A program made the position numbers and the translations under genes. 64,000 bases of DNA. It comes from the human T2T-CHM13v2.0 reference genome, Homo sapiens. Positions 41,101 through 54,700 of this stretch are shown here, piece after piece (position 1 is the stretch's first letter; each line of letters starts with the position of its first letter). The stretch is from assembly GCF_009914755.1 (NCBI RefSeq), contig NC_060943.1; one strand, written 5' to 3'. The notes below the pieces were generated by a model. That model did not search any database and was not told the origin of the DNA. It saw nothing but the letters and a program-made list of their open reading frames with translations.

Positions 41101-43891
41101 CAAGTGGAGATTTCAGCCGCTTTGAGGTCAATGGTAGAATAGGAAATATCTTCCTATAGAAACTAGACAGAATGATTCTCAGAAACTCCTTTGTGATGTG
41201 TGCGTTCAACTCACAGAGTTAAACCTTTCTTTTCATAGAGCAGTTAGGAAACACTCTGTTTGTAAAGTCTGCAAGTGGATATTCAGACATCCTTGAGGCT
41301 TTCGTTGGAAACGGGATTTCTTCATATTCTGCTAGAAAGAAGAATTCTCAGTAACTTCCTTGTGTTGTGTGTATTCAACTCACAGAGTTGAACGATCCTT
41401 TACACAGAGCAGACTTGAAACACTCCTTTTGTGGAATTTGCAAGTGGAGGTTTCAGCCGCTTTGAGGTCAATGGTAGAATAGGAAATATCTTCCTATAGA
41501 AACTAGACAGAATGATTCTCAGAAACTCCTTTGTGATGTGTGCGTTCAACTCACAGAGTTTAACCTTTCTTTTCATAGAGCAGTTAGGAAACACTCTGTT
41601 TGTAAAGTCTGCAAGTGGATATTCAGACATCCTTGAGGCTTTCGTTGGAAACGGGATTTCTTCATATTCTGCTAGAAAGAAGAATTCTCAGTAACTTCCT
41701 TGTGTTGTGTGTATTCAACTCACAGAGTTGCACGATCCTTTACACAGAGCAGACTTGAAACACTCTTTTTGTGGAATTTGCAAGTGGTGATTTCAGCCGC
41801 TTTGAGGTCAATGGTAGAATAGGAAATATCTTCCTATAGAAACTAGACAGAATGATTCTCAGAAACTCCTTTGTGATGTGTGCGTTCAACTCACAGAGTT
41901 CAACCTTTCTTTTCATAGAGCAGTTGGGAAACACTCTGTTTGTAAAGTCTGCAAGTGGATATTCAGACTTCTTTGAGGCCTTCGTTGGAAGCGGGATTTC
42001 TTCATATTCTGCTAGACAGAAGAATTCTCAGAAACTTCCTTGTGTTGTGTGTTTTCAACTCACAGAGTTGAACGATCCTTTACACAGAGCAGACTTGAAA
42101 CACTCCTTTTGTGGAATTTGCAAGTGGAGATTTCAGCCGCTTTGAGGTCAATGGTAGAATAGGAAATATCTTCCTATAGAAAGTAGACAGAATGATTCTC
42201 AGAAACTCCTTTGTGATGTGTGCGTTCAACTCACAGAGTTTAACCTTTCTTTTCATAGAGCAGTTAGGAAACACTCTGTTTGTAAAGTCTGCAAGTGGAT
42301 ATTCAGACCTCCTTGAGGCCTTCGTTGGAAACGGGATTTCTTCATATTCTGCTAGACAGAAGAATTCTCAGTAACTTCCTTGTGTTGTGTGTATTCAACT
42401 CACAGAGTTGAACGATCCTTTACACAGAGCAGACTTGAAACACTCTTTTTGTGGAATTTGCAAGTGGAGATTTCAGCCGCTTTGAGGTCAATGGTAGAAT
42501 AGGAAATATCTTCCTATAGAAACTAGACAGAATGATTCTCAGAAACTCCTTTGTGATGTGTGCGTTCAACTCACAGAGTTTAACCTTTCTTTTCATAGAG
42601 CAGTTAGGAAACACTCTGTTTGTAAAGTCTGCAAGTGGATATTCAGACATCCTTGAGGCTTTCGTTGGAAACGGGATTTCTTCATATTCTGCTAGAAAGA
42701 AGAATTCTCAGTAACTTCCTTGTGTTGTGTGTATTCAACTCACAGAGTTGAACGATCCTTTACACAGAGCAGACTTGAAACACTCTTTTTGTGGAATTTG
42801 CAAGTGGAGATTTCAGCCGCTTTGAGTTCAATGGTAGAATAGGAAATATCTTCCTATAGAAACTAGACAGAATGATTCTCAGAAACTCCTTTGTGATGTG
42901 TGCGTTCAACTCACAGAGTTCAACCTTTCTTTTCATAGAGCAGTTGGGAAACACTCTGTTTGTAAAGTCTGTAAGTGGATATTCAGACTTCTTTGAGGCC
43001 TTCGTTGGAAGCGGGGTTTCTTCATATTCTGCTAGACAGAAGAATTCTCAGAAACTTCCTTGTGTTGTGTGTTTTCAACTCACAGAGTTGAACGATCCTT
43101 TACACAGAGCAGACTTGAAACACTCCTTTTGTGGAATTTGCAAGTGGAGATTTCAGCCGCTTTGAGGTCAATGGTAGAATAGGAAATATCTTCCTATAGA
43201 AAGTAGACAGAATGATTCTCAGAAACTCCTTTGTGATGTGTGCGTTCAACTCACAGAGTTTAACCTTTCTTTTCATAGAGCAGTTAGGAAACACTCTGTT
43301 TGTAAAGTCTGCAAGTGGATATTCAGACCTCCTTGAGGCCTTCGTTGGAAACGGGATTTCTTCATATTCTGCTAGACAGAAGAATTCTCAGTAACTTCCT
43401 TGTGTTGTGTGTATTCAACTCACAGAGTTGAACGATCCTTTACACAGAGCAGACTTGAAACACTCTTTTTGTGGAATTTGCAAGTGGAGATTTCAGCCGC
43501 TTTGAGGTCAATGGTAGAATAGGAAATATCTTCCTATAGAAACTAGACAGAATGATTCTCAGAAACTCCTTTGTGATGTGTGCGTTCAACTCACAGAGTT
43601 TAACATTTCTTTTCATAGAGCAGTTAGGAAACACTCTGTTTGTAAAGTCTGCAAGTGGATATTCAGACATCCTTGAGGCTTTCGTTGGAAACGGGATTTC
43701 TTCATATTCTGCTAGAAAGAAGAATTCTCAGTAACTTCCTTGTGTTGTGTGTATTCAACTCACAGAGTTGAACGATCCTTTACACAGAGCAGACTTGAAA
43801 CACTCCTTTTGTGGAATTTGCAAGTGGAGATTTCAGCCGCTTTGAGGTCAATGGTAGAATAGGAAATATCTTCCTATAGAAACTAGACAGA
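38115..43891 (+). repeat. Local duplication: 38115-40150 approx. 41852-43890 (offset 3737) of two F-L-I hexamers
   Basis: Shared tctgtaag (39235/42972), gcggggttt (39279/43016) and aacattt (39868/43605). Confidence 0.85.
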
Positions 43892-46800
43892 ATGATTCTC
43901 AGAAACTCCTTTGTGATGTGTGCGTTCAACTCACAGAGTTTAACCTTTCTTTTCATAGAGCAGTTGGGAAACACTCTGTTTGTAAAGTCTGCAAGTGGAT
44001 ATTCAGACATCCTTGAGGCTTTCGTTGGAAACGGGATTTCTTCATATTCTGCTAGAAAGAAGAATTCTCAGTAACTTCCTTGTGTTGTGTGTATTCAACT
44101 CACAGAGTTGAACGATCCTTTACACAGAGCAGACTTGAAACACTCTTTTTGTGGAATTTGCAAGTGGAGATTTCAGCCGCTTTGAGGTCAATGGTAGAAT
44201 AGGAAATATCTTCCTATAGAAACTAGACAGAATGATTCTCAGAAACTCCTTTGTGATGTGTGCGTTCAACTCACACAGTTTAACCTTTCTTTTCATAGAG
44301 CAGTTAGGAAACACTCTGTTTGTAAAGTCTGCAAGTGGATATTCAGACCTCCTTGAGGCCTTCGTTGGAAACGGGATTTCTTCATATTATGCTAGACAGA
44401 AGAATTCTCAGTAACTTCCTTGTGTTGTGTGTATTCAACTCACAGAGTTGAACGATCCTTTACACAGAGCAGACTTGAAACACTCTTTTTGTGGAATTTG
44501 CAAGTGGAGATTTCAGCCGCTTTGAGTTCAATGGTAGAATAGGAAATATCTTCCTATAGAAACTAGACAGAATGATTCTCAGAAACTCCTTTGTGATGTG
44601 TGCGTTCAACTCACAGAGTTCAACCTTTCTTTTCATAGAGCAGTTGGGAAACACTCTGTTTGTAAAGTCTGCAAGTGGATATTCAGACTTCTTTGAGGCC
44701 TTCGTTGGAAGCGGGATTTCTTCATATTCTGCTAGACAGAAGAATTCTCAGAAACTTCCTTGTGTTGTGTGTTTTCAACTCACAGAGTTGAACGATCCTT
44801 TACACAGAGCAGACTTGAAACACTCCTTTTGTGGAATTTGCAAGTGGAGATTTCAGCCGCTTTGAGGTCAATGGTAGAATAGGAAATATCTTCCTATAGA
44901 AACTAGACAGAATGATTCTCAGAAACTCCTTTGTGATGTGTGCGTTCAACTCACAGAGTTCAACCTTTCTTTTCATAGAGCAGTTGTGAAACACTCTGTT
45001 TGTAAAGTCTGCAAGTGGATATTCAGACTTCTTTGAGGCCTTCGTTGGAAGCGGGTTTTCTTCATATTCTGCTAGACAGAAGAATTCTCAGTAACTGCCT
45101 TGTGTTGTGTGTATTCAACTCACAGAGTTGAACGATCCTTTACACAGAGCAGACTTGAAACACTCTTTTTGTGGAATTTGCAAGTGGAGATTTCAGCCGC
45201 TTTGAGGTCAATGGTAGAATAGGAAATATCTTCCTATAGAAACTAGACAGAATGATTCTCAGAAACTCCTTTGTGATGTGTGCATTCAACTCACAGAGTT
45301 TACCCTTTCTTTTCATAGAGCAGTTAGGAAACACTCTGTTTGTAAAGTCTGCAAGTGGATATTCAGACATCCTTGAGGCTTTCGTTGGAAACGGGATTTC
45401 TTCATATTCTGCCAGAAAGAAGAATTCTCAGTAACTTCCTTGTGTTGTGTGTATTCAACTCACAGAGTTGAACGATCCTTTACACAGAGCAGACTTGAAA
45501 CACTCTTTTTGTGGAATTTGCAAGTGGAGATTTCAGCCGCTTTGAGGTCAACGGTAGAATAGGAAATATCTTCCTATAGAAACTAGACAGAATGATTATC
45601 AGAAACTCCTTTGTGATGTGTGCGTTCAACTCACAGAGTTTAAACTTTCTTTTCATAGAGCAGTTAGGAAACACTCTGTTTGTACAGTCTGCAAGTGGAT
45701 ATTCAGACATCCTTGAGGCTTTCGTTGGAAACGGGATTTCTTCATATTCTGCTAGAAAGAAGAATTCTCAGTAACTTCCTTGTGTTGTGTGTATTCAACT
45801 CACAGAGTTGAACGATCCTTTACACAGAGCAGACTTGAAACACTCTTTTTGTGGAATTTGCAAGTGGAGATTTCAGCCGCTGTGAGGTCAATGGTAGAAT
45901 AGGAAATATCTTCCTATAGAAACTAGACAGAATGATTCTCAGAAACTCCTTTGTGATGTGTGCGTTCAACTCACAGAGTTTAACCTTTCTTTTCATAGAG
46001 CAGTTGGGAAACACTCTGTTTGTAAAGTCTGCAAGTGGATATTCAGACCTCCTTGAGGCCTTCGTTGGAAACGGGATTTCTTCATATTATGCTAGACAGA
46101 AGAATTCTCAGTAACTTCCTTGTGTTGTGTGTATTCAACTCACAGAGTTGAACGATCCTTTACACAGAGCAGACTTGAAACACTCTTTTTGTGGAATTTG
46201 CAAGTGGAGATTTCAGCCGCTTTGAGTTCAATGGTAGAATAGGAAATATCTTCCTATAGAAACTAGACAGAATGATTCTCAGAAACTCCTTTGTGATGTG
46301 TGCGTTCAACTCACAGAGTTCAACCTTTCTTTTCATAGAGCAGTTGGGAAACACTCTGTTTGTAAAGTCTGCAAGTGGATATTCAGACTTCTTTGAGGCC
46401 TTCGTTGGAAGCGGGATTTCTTCATATTCTGCTAGACAGAAGAATTCTCAGAAACTTCCTTGTGTTGTGTGTTTTCAACTCACAGAGTTGAACGATCCTT
46501 TACACAGAGCAGACTTGAAACACTCCTTTTGTGGAATTTGCAAGTGGAGATTTCAGCCGCTTTGAGGTCAATGGTAGAATAGGAAATATCTTCCTATAGA
46601 AAGTAGACAGAATGATTCTCAGAAACTCCTTTGTGATGTGTGCGTTCAACTCACAGAGTTTAACCTTTCTTTTCATAGAGCAGTTAGGAAACACTCTGTT
46701 TGTAAAGTCTGCAAGTGGATATTCAGACCTCCTTGAGGCCTTCGTTGGAAACGTGATTTCTTCATATTCTGCTAGACAGAAGAATTCTCAGTAACTTCCT

Positions 46801-49800
46801 TGTGTTGTGTGTATTCAACTCACAGAGTTGAACGATCCTTTACACAGAGCAGACTTGAAACACTCTTTTTGTGGAATTTGCAAGTGGAGATTTCAGCCGC
46901 TTTGAGGTCAATGGTAGAATAGGAAATATCTTCCTATAGAAACTAGACAGAATGATTCTCAGAAACTCCTTTGTGATGTGTGCGTTCAACTCACAGAGTT
47001 TAACCTTTCTTTTCATAGAGCAGTTAGGAAACACTCTGTTTGTAAAGTCTGCAAGTGGATATTCAGACATCCTTGAGGCTTTCGTTGGAAACGGGATTTC
47101 TTCATATTCTGCTAGAAAGAAGAATTCTCAGTAACTTCCTTGTGTTGTGTGTATTCAACTCACAGAGTTGAACGATCCTTTACACAGAGCAGACTTGAAA
47201 CACTCCTTTTGTGGAATTTGCAAGTGGAGATTTCAGCCGCTTTGAGGTCAATGGTAGAATAGGAAATATCTTCCTATAGAAACTAGACAGAATGATTCTC
47301 AGAAACTCCTTTGTGATGTGTGCGTTCAACTCACAGAGTTTAACCTTTCTTTTCATAGAGCAGTTGGGAAACACTCTGTTTGTAAAGTCTGCAAGTGGAT
47401 ATTCAGACATCCTTGAGGCTTTCGTTGGAAACGGGATTTCTTCATATTATGCTAGACAGAAGAATTCTCAGTAACTTCCTTGTGTTGTGTGTATTCAACT
47501 CACAGAGTTGAACGATCCTTTACACTGAGCAGACTTGAAACACTCTTTTTGTGGAATTTGCAAGTGGAGATTTCAGCCGCTTTGAGTTCAATGGTAGAAT
47601 AGCAAATATCTTCCTATAGAAACTAGACAGAATGATTCTCAGAAACTCCTTTGTGATGTGTGCGTTCAACTCACAGAGTTCAACCTTTCTTTTCATAGAG
47701 CAGTTGGGAAACACTCTGTTTGTAAAGTCTGCAAGTGGATATTCAGACTTCTTTGAGGCCTTCGTTGGAAGCGGGATTTCTTCATATTCTGCTAGACAGA
47801 AGAATTCTCAGAAACTTCCTTGTGTTGTGTGTTTTCAACTCACAGAGTTGAACGATCCTTTACACAGAGCAGACTTGAAACACTCCTTTTGTGGAATTTG
47901 CAAGTAGAGATTTCAGCCGCTTTGAGGTCAATGGTAGAATAGGAAATATCTTCCTATAGAAAGTAGACAGAATGATTCTCAGAAACTCCTTTGTGATGTG
48001 TGCGTTCAACTCACAGAGTTTAACCTTTCTTTTCATAGAGCAGTTAGGAAACACTCTGTTTGTAAAGTCTGCAAGTGGATATTCAGACCTCCTTGAGGCC
48101 TTCGTTGGAAACGGGATTTCTTCATATTCTGCTAGACAGAAGAATTCTCAGTAACTTCCTTGTGTTGTGTGTATTCAACTCACAGAGTTGAACGATCCTT
48201 TACACAGAGCAGACTTGAAACACTCTTTTTGTGGAATTTGCAAGTGGAGATTTCAGCCGCTTTGAGGTTAATGGTAGAATAGGAAATATCTTCCTATAGA
48301 AACTAGACAGAATGATTCTCAGAAACTCCTTTGTGATGTGTGCGTTCAACTCACAGAGTTTAACCTTTCTTTTCATAGAGCAGTTAGGAAACACTCTGTT
48401 TGTAAAGTCTGCAAGTGGATATTCAGACATCCTTGAGGCTTTCTTTGGAAACGAGATTTCTTCATATTCTGCTAGAAAGAAGAATTCTCAGTAACTTCCT
48501 TGTGTTGTGTGTATTCAACTCACAGAGTTGAACGATCCTTTACACAGAGCAGACTTGAAACACTCTTTTTGTGGAATTTGCAAGTGGAGATTTCAGCCGC
48601 TTTGAGTTCAATGGTAGAATAGGAAATATCTTCCTATAGAAACTAGACAGAATGATTCTCAGAAACTCCTTTGTGATGTGTGCGTTCAACTCACAGAGTT
48701 CAACCTTTCTTTTCATAGAGCAGTTGGGAAACACTCTGTTTGTAAAGTCTGCAAGTGGATATTCAGACTTCTTTGAGGCCTTCGTTGGAAGCGGGATTTC
48801 TTCATATTCTGCTAGACAGAAGAATTCTCAGAAACTTCCTTGTGTTGTGTGTTTTCAACTCACAGAGTTGAACGATCCTTTACACAGAGCAGACTTGAAA
48901 CACTCCTTTTGTGGAATTTGCAAGTGGAGATTTCAGCCGCTTTGAGGTCAATGGTAGAATAGGAAATATCTTCCTATAGAAAGTAGACAGAATGATTCTC
49001 AGAAACTCCTTTGTGATGTGTGCGTTCAACTCACAGAGTTTAACCTTTCTTTTCATAGAGCAGTTAGGAAACACTCTGTTTGTAAAGTCTGCAAGTGGAT
49101 ATTCAGACCTCCTTGAGGCCTTCGTTGGAAACGGGATTTCTTCATATTCTGCTAGACAGAAGAATTCTCAGTAACTTCCTTGTGTTGTGTGTATTCAACT
49201 CACAGAGTTGAACGATCCTTTACACAGAGCAGACTTGAAACACTCTTTTTGTGGAATTTGCAAGTGGAGATTTCAGCCGCTTTGAGGTCAATGGTAGAAT
49301 AGGAAATATCTTCCTATAGAAACTAGACAGAATGATTCTCAGAAACTCCTTTGTGATGTGTGCGTTCAACTCACAGAGTTTAACCTTTCTTTTCATAGAG
49401 CAGTTAGGAAACACTCTGTTTGTAAAGTCTGCAAGTGGATATTCAGACATCCTTGAGGCTTTCGTTGTAAACGGGATTTCTTCATATTCTGCTAGAAAGA
49501 AGAATTCTCAGTAACTTCCTTGTGTTGTGTGTATTCAACTCACAGAGTTGAACGATCCTTTACACAGAGCAGACTTGAAACACTCCTTTTGTGGAATTTG
49601 CAAGTGGAGATTTCAGCCGCTTTGAGGTCAATGGTAGAATAGGAAATATCTTCCTATAGAAACTAGACAGAATGATTCTCAGAAACTCCTTTGTGATGTG
49701 TGCGTTCAACTCACAGAGTTTAACCTTTCTTTTCATAGAGCAGTTGGGAAACACTCTGTTTGTAAAGTCTGCAAGTGGATATTCAGACATCCTTGAGGCT

Positions 49801-51709
49801 TTCGTTGGAAACGGGATTTCTTCATATTCTGCTAGAAAGAAGAATTCTCAGTAACTTCCTTGTGTTGTGTGTATTCAACTCAGAGTTGAACGATCCTTTA
49901 CACAGAGCAGACTTGAAACACTCTTTTTGTGGAATTTGCAAGTGGAGATTTCAGCCGCTTTGAGGTCAATGGTAGAATAGGAAATATCTTCCTATAGAAA
50001 CTAGACAGAATGATTCTCAGAAACTCCTTTGTGATGTGTGCGTTCAACTCACAGAGTTCAACCTTTCTTTTCATAGAGCAGTTGGGAAACACTCTGTTTG
50101 TAAAGTCTGCAAGTGGATATTCAGACTTCTTTGAGGCCTTCGTTGGAAGCGGGATTTCTTCATATTCTGCTAGACAGAAGAATTCTCAGTAACTGCCTTG
50201 TGTTGTGTGTATTCAACTCACAGAGTTGAACGATCCTTTACACAGAGCAGACTTGAAACACTCTTTTTGTGGAATTTGCAAGTGGAGATTTCAGCCGCTT
50301 TGAGTTCAATGGTAGAATAGGAAATATCTTCCTATAGAAACTAGACAGAATGATTCTCAGAAACTCCTTTGTGATGTGTGCGTTCAACTCACAGAGTTTA
50401 CCCTTTCTTTTCATAGAGCAGTTAGGAAACACTCTGTTTGTAAAGTCTGCAAGTGGATATTCAGACATCCTTGAGGCTTTCGTTGGAAACGGGATTTCTT
50501 CATATTCTGCCAGAAAGAAGAATTCTCAGTAACTTCCTTGTGTTGTGTGTATTCAACTCACAGAGTTGAACGATCCTTTACACAGAGCAGACTTGAAACA
50601 CTCTTTTTGTGGAATTTGCAAGTGGAGATTTCAGCCGCTTTGAGTTCAATGGTAGAATAGGAAATATCTTCCTATAGAAACTAGACAGAATGATTCTCAG
50701 AAACTCCTTTGTGATGTGTGCGTTCAACTCACAGAGTTTAACCTTTCTTTTCATAGAGCAGTTAGGAAACACTCTGTTTGTAAAGTCTGCAAGTGGATAT
50801 TCAGACATCCTTGAGGCTTTCGTTGGAAACGGGATTTCTTCATATTCTGCTAGAAAGAAGAATTCTCAGTAACTTCCTTGTGTTGTGTGTATTCAACTCA
50901 CAGAGTTGAACGATCCTTTACACAGAGCAGACTTGAAACACTCTTTTTGTGGAATTTGCAAGTGGAGATTTCAGCCGCTTTGAGGTCAATGGTAGAATAG
51001 GAAATATCTTCCTATAGAAACTAGACAGAATGATTCTCAGAAACTCCTTTGTGATGTGTGCGTTCAACTCACAGAGTTTAACCTTTCTTTTCATAGAGCA
51101 GTTAGGAAACACTCTGTTTGTAAAGTCTGCAAGTGGATATTCAGACATCCTTGAGGCTTTCGTTGGAAACGGGATTTCTTCATATTCTGCCAGAAAGAAG
51201 AATTCTCAGTAACTTCCTTGTGTTGTGTGTATTCAACTCACAGAGTTGAACGATCCTTTACACAGAGCAGACTTGAAACACTCTTTTTGTGGAATTTGCA
51301 AGTGGAGATTTCAGCCGCTTTGAGGTCAATGGTAGAATAGGAAATATCTTCCTATAGAAACTAGACAGAATGATTCTCAGAAACTCCTTTGTGATGTGTG
51401 CGTTCAACTCACAGAGTTTAACCTTTCTTTTCATAGAGCAGTTAGGAAACACTCTGTTTGTAAAGTCTGCAAGTGGATATTCAGACATCCTTGAGGCTTT
51501 CGTTGGAAACGGGATTTCTTCATATTCTGCTAGAAAGAAGAATTCTCAGTAACTTCCTTGTGTTGTGTGTATTCAACTCACAGAGTTGAACGATCCTTTA
51601 CACAGAGCAGACTTGAAACACTCTTTTTGTGGAATTTGCAAGTGGAGATTTCAGCCGCTGTGAGGTCAATGGTAGAATAGGAAATATCTTCCTATAGAAA
51701 CTAGACAGA

Positions 51710-54700
51710 ATGATTCTCAGAAACTCCTTTGTGATGTGTGCGTTCAACTAACAGAGTTTAACCTTTCTTTTCATAGAGCAGTTGGGAAACACTCTGTTTG
51801 TAAAGTCTGCAAGTGGATATTCAGACATCCTTGAGGCTTTCGTTGGAAACGGGATTTCTTCATATTCTGCTAGAAAGAAGAATTCTCAGTAACTTCCTCG
51901 TGTTGTGTGTATTCAACTCACAGAGTTGAACGATCCTTTACACAGAGCAGACTTGAAACACTCTTTTTGTGGAATTTGCAAGTGGAGATTTCAGCCGCTT
52001 TGAGTTCAATGGTAGAATAGGAAATATCTTCCTATAGAAACTAGACAGAATGATTCTCAGAAACTCCTTTGTGATGTGTGCGTTCAACTCACAGAGTTCA
52101 ACCTTTCTTTTCATAGAGCAGTTGGGAAACACTCTGTTTGTAAAGTCTGCAAGTGGATATTCAGACTTCTTTGAGGCCTTCGTTGGAAGCGGGATTTCTT
52201 CAAATTCTGCTAGACAGAAGAATTCTCAGAAACTTCCTTGTGTTGTGTGTTTTCAACTCACAGAGTTGAACGATCCTTTACACAGAGCAGACTTGAAACA
52301 CTCCTTTTGTGGAATTTGCAAGTGGAGATTTCAGCCGCTTTGAGGTCAATGGTAGAATAGGAAATATCTTCCTATAGAAAGTAGACAGAATGATTCTCAG
52401 AAACTCCTTTGTGATGTGTGCGTTCAACTCACAGAGTTTAACCTTTCTTTTCATAGAGCAGTTAGGAAACACTCTGTTTGTAAAGTCTGCAAGTGGATAT
52501 TCAGACCTCCTTGAGGCCTTCGTTGGAAACGGGATTTCTTCATATTATGCTAGACAGAAGAATTCTCAGTAACTTCCTTGTGTTGTGTGTATTCAACTCA
52601 CAGAGTTGAACGATCCTTTACACAGAGCAGACTTGAAAAACTCTTTTTGTGGAATTTGCAAGTAGAGATTTCAGCCGCTTTGAGTTCAATGGTAGAATAG
52701 GAAATATCTTCCTATAGAAACTAGACAGAATGATTCTCAGAAACTCCTTTGTGATGTGTGCGTTCAACTCACAGAGTTCAACCTTTCTTTTCATAGAGCA
52801 GTTGGGAAACACTCTGTTTGTAAAGTCTGCAAGTGGATATTCAGACTTCTTTGAGGCCTTCGTTGGAAGCGGGATTTCTTCATATTCTGCTAGACAGAAG
52901 AATTCTCAGTAACTTCCTTGTGTTGTGTGTATTCAACTCACAGAGTTGAACGATCCTTTACACAGAGCAGACTTGAAACACTCTTTTTGTGGAATTTGCA
53001 AGTGGAGATTTCAGCCGCTTTGAGGTCAATGGTAGAATAGGAAATATCTTCCTATAGAAACTAGACAGAATGATTCTCAGAAACTCCTTTGTGATGTGTG
53101 CGTTCAACTCACAGAGTTTAACCTTTCTTTTCATAGAGCAGTTAGGAAACACTCTGTTTGTAAAGTCTGCAAGTGGATATTCAGACATCCTTGAGGCTTT
53201 CGTTGGAAACGGGATTTCTTCATATTCTGCTAGAAAGAAGAATTCTCAGTAACTTCCTTGTGTTGTGTGTATTCAACTCATAGAGTTGAACGATCCTTTA
53301 CACAGAGCAGACTTGAAACACTCCTTTTGTGGAATTTGCAAGTGGAGATTTCAGCCGCTTTGAGGTCAAAGGTAGAATAGGAAATATCTTCCTATAGAAA
53401 CTAGACAGAATGATTCTCAGAAACTCCTTTGTGATGTGTGCGTTCAACTCACAGAGTTTAACCTTTCTTTTCATAGAGCAGTTGGGAAACACTCTGTTTG
53501 TAAAGTCTGCAAGTGGATATTCAGACTTCTTTGAGGCTTTCGTTGGAAACGGGATTTCTTCATATTCTGCTAGAAAGAAGAATTCTCAGTAACTTCCTTG
53601 TGTTGTGTGTATTCAACTCACAGAGTTGCACGATCCTTTACACAGAGCAGACTTGAAACACTCTTTTTGTGGAATTTGCAAGTGGAGATTTCAGCCGCTT
53701 TGAGGTCAATGGTAGAATAGGAAATATCTTCCTATAGAAACTAGACAGAATGATTCTCAGAAACTCCTTTGTGATGTGTGTGTTCAACTCACAGAGTTCA
53801 ACCTTTCTTTTCATTGAGCAGTTGGGAAACACTCTGTTTGTAAAGTCTGCAAGTGGATATTCAGACTTCTTTGAGGCCTTCGTTGGAAGCGGGATTTCTT
53901 CATATTCTGCTAGACAGAAGAATTCTCAGTAACTGCCTTGTGTTGTGTGTATTCAACTCACAGAGTTGAACGATCCTTTACACAGAGCAGACTTGAAACA
54001 CTCTTTTTGTGGAATTTGCAAGTGGAGATTTCAGCCGCTTTGAGTTCAATGGTAGAATAGGAAATATCTTCCTATAGAAACTAGACAGAATGATTCTCAG
54101 AAACTCCTTTGTGATGTGTGCGTTCAACTCACAGAGTTTACCCTTTCTTTTCATAGAGCAGTTAGGAAACACTCTGTTTGTAAAGTCTGCAAGTGGATAT
54201 TCAGACATCCTTGAGGCTTTCGTTGGAAACGGGATTTCTTCATATTCTGCCAGAAAGAAGAATTCTCAGTAACTTCCTTGTGTTGTGTGTATTCAACTCA
54301 CAGAGTTGAACGATCCTTTACACAGAGCAGACTTGAAACACTCTTTTTGTGGAATTTGCAAGTGGAGATTTCAGCCGCTTTGAGTTCAATGGTAGAATAG
54401 GAAATATCTTCCTATAGAAACTAGACAGAATGATTCTCAGAAACTCCTTTGTGATGTGTGCGTTCAACTCACAGAGTTTAACCTTTCTTTTCATAGAGCA
54501 GTTAGGAAACACTCTGTTTGTAAAGTCTGCAAGTGGATATTCAGACATCCTTGAGGCTTTCGTTGGAAACGGGATTTCTTCATATTCTGCTAGAAAGAAG
54601 AATTCTCAGTAACTTCCTTGTGTTGTGTGTATTCAACTCACAGAGTTGAACGATCCTTTACACAGAGCAGACTTGAAACACTCTTTTTGTGGAATTTGCA

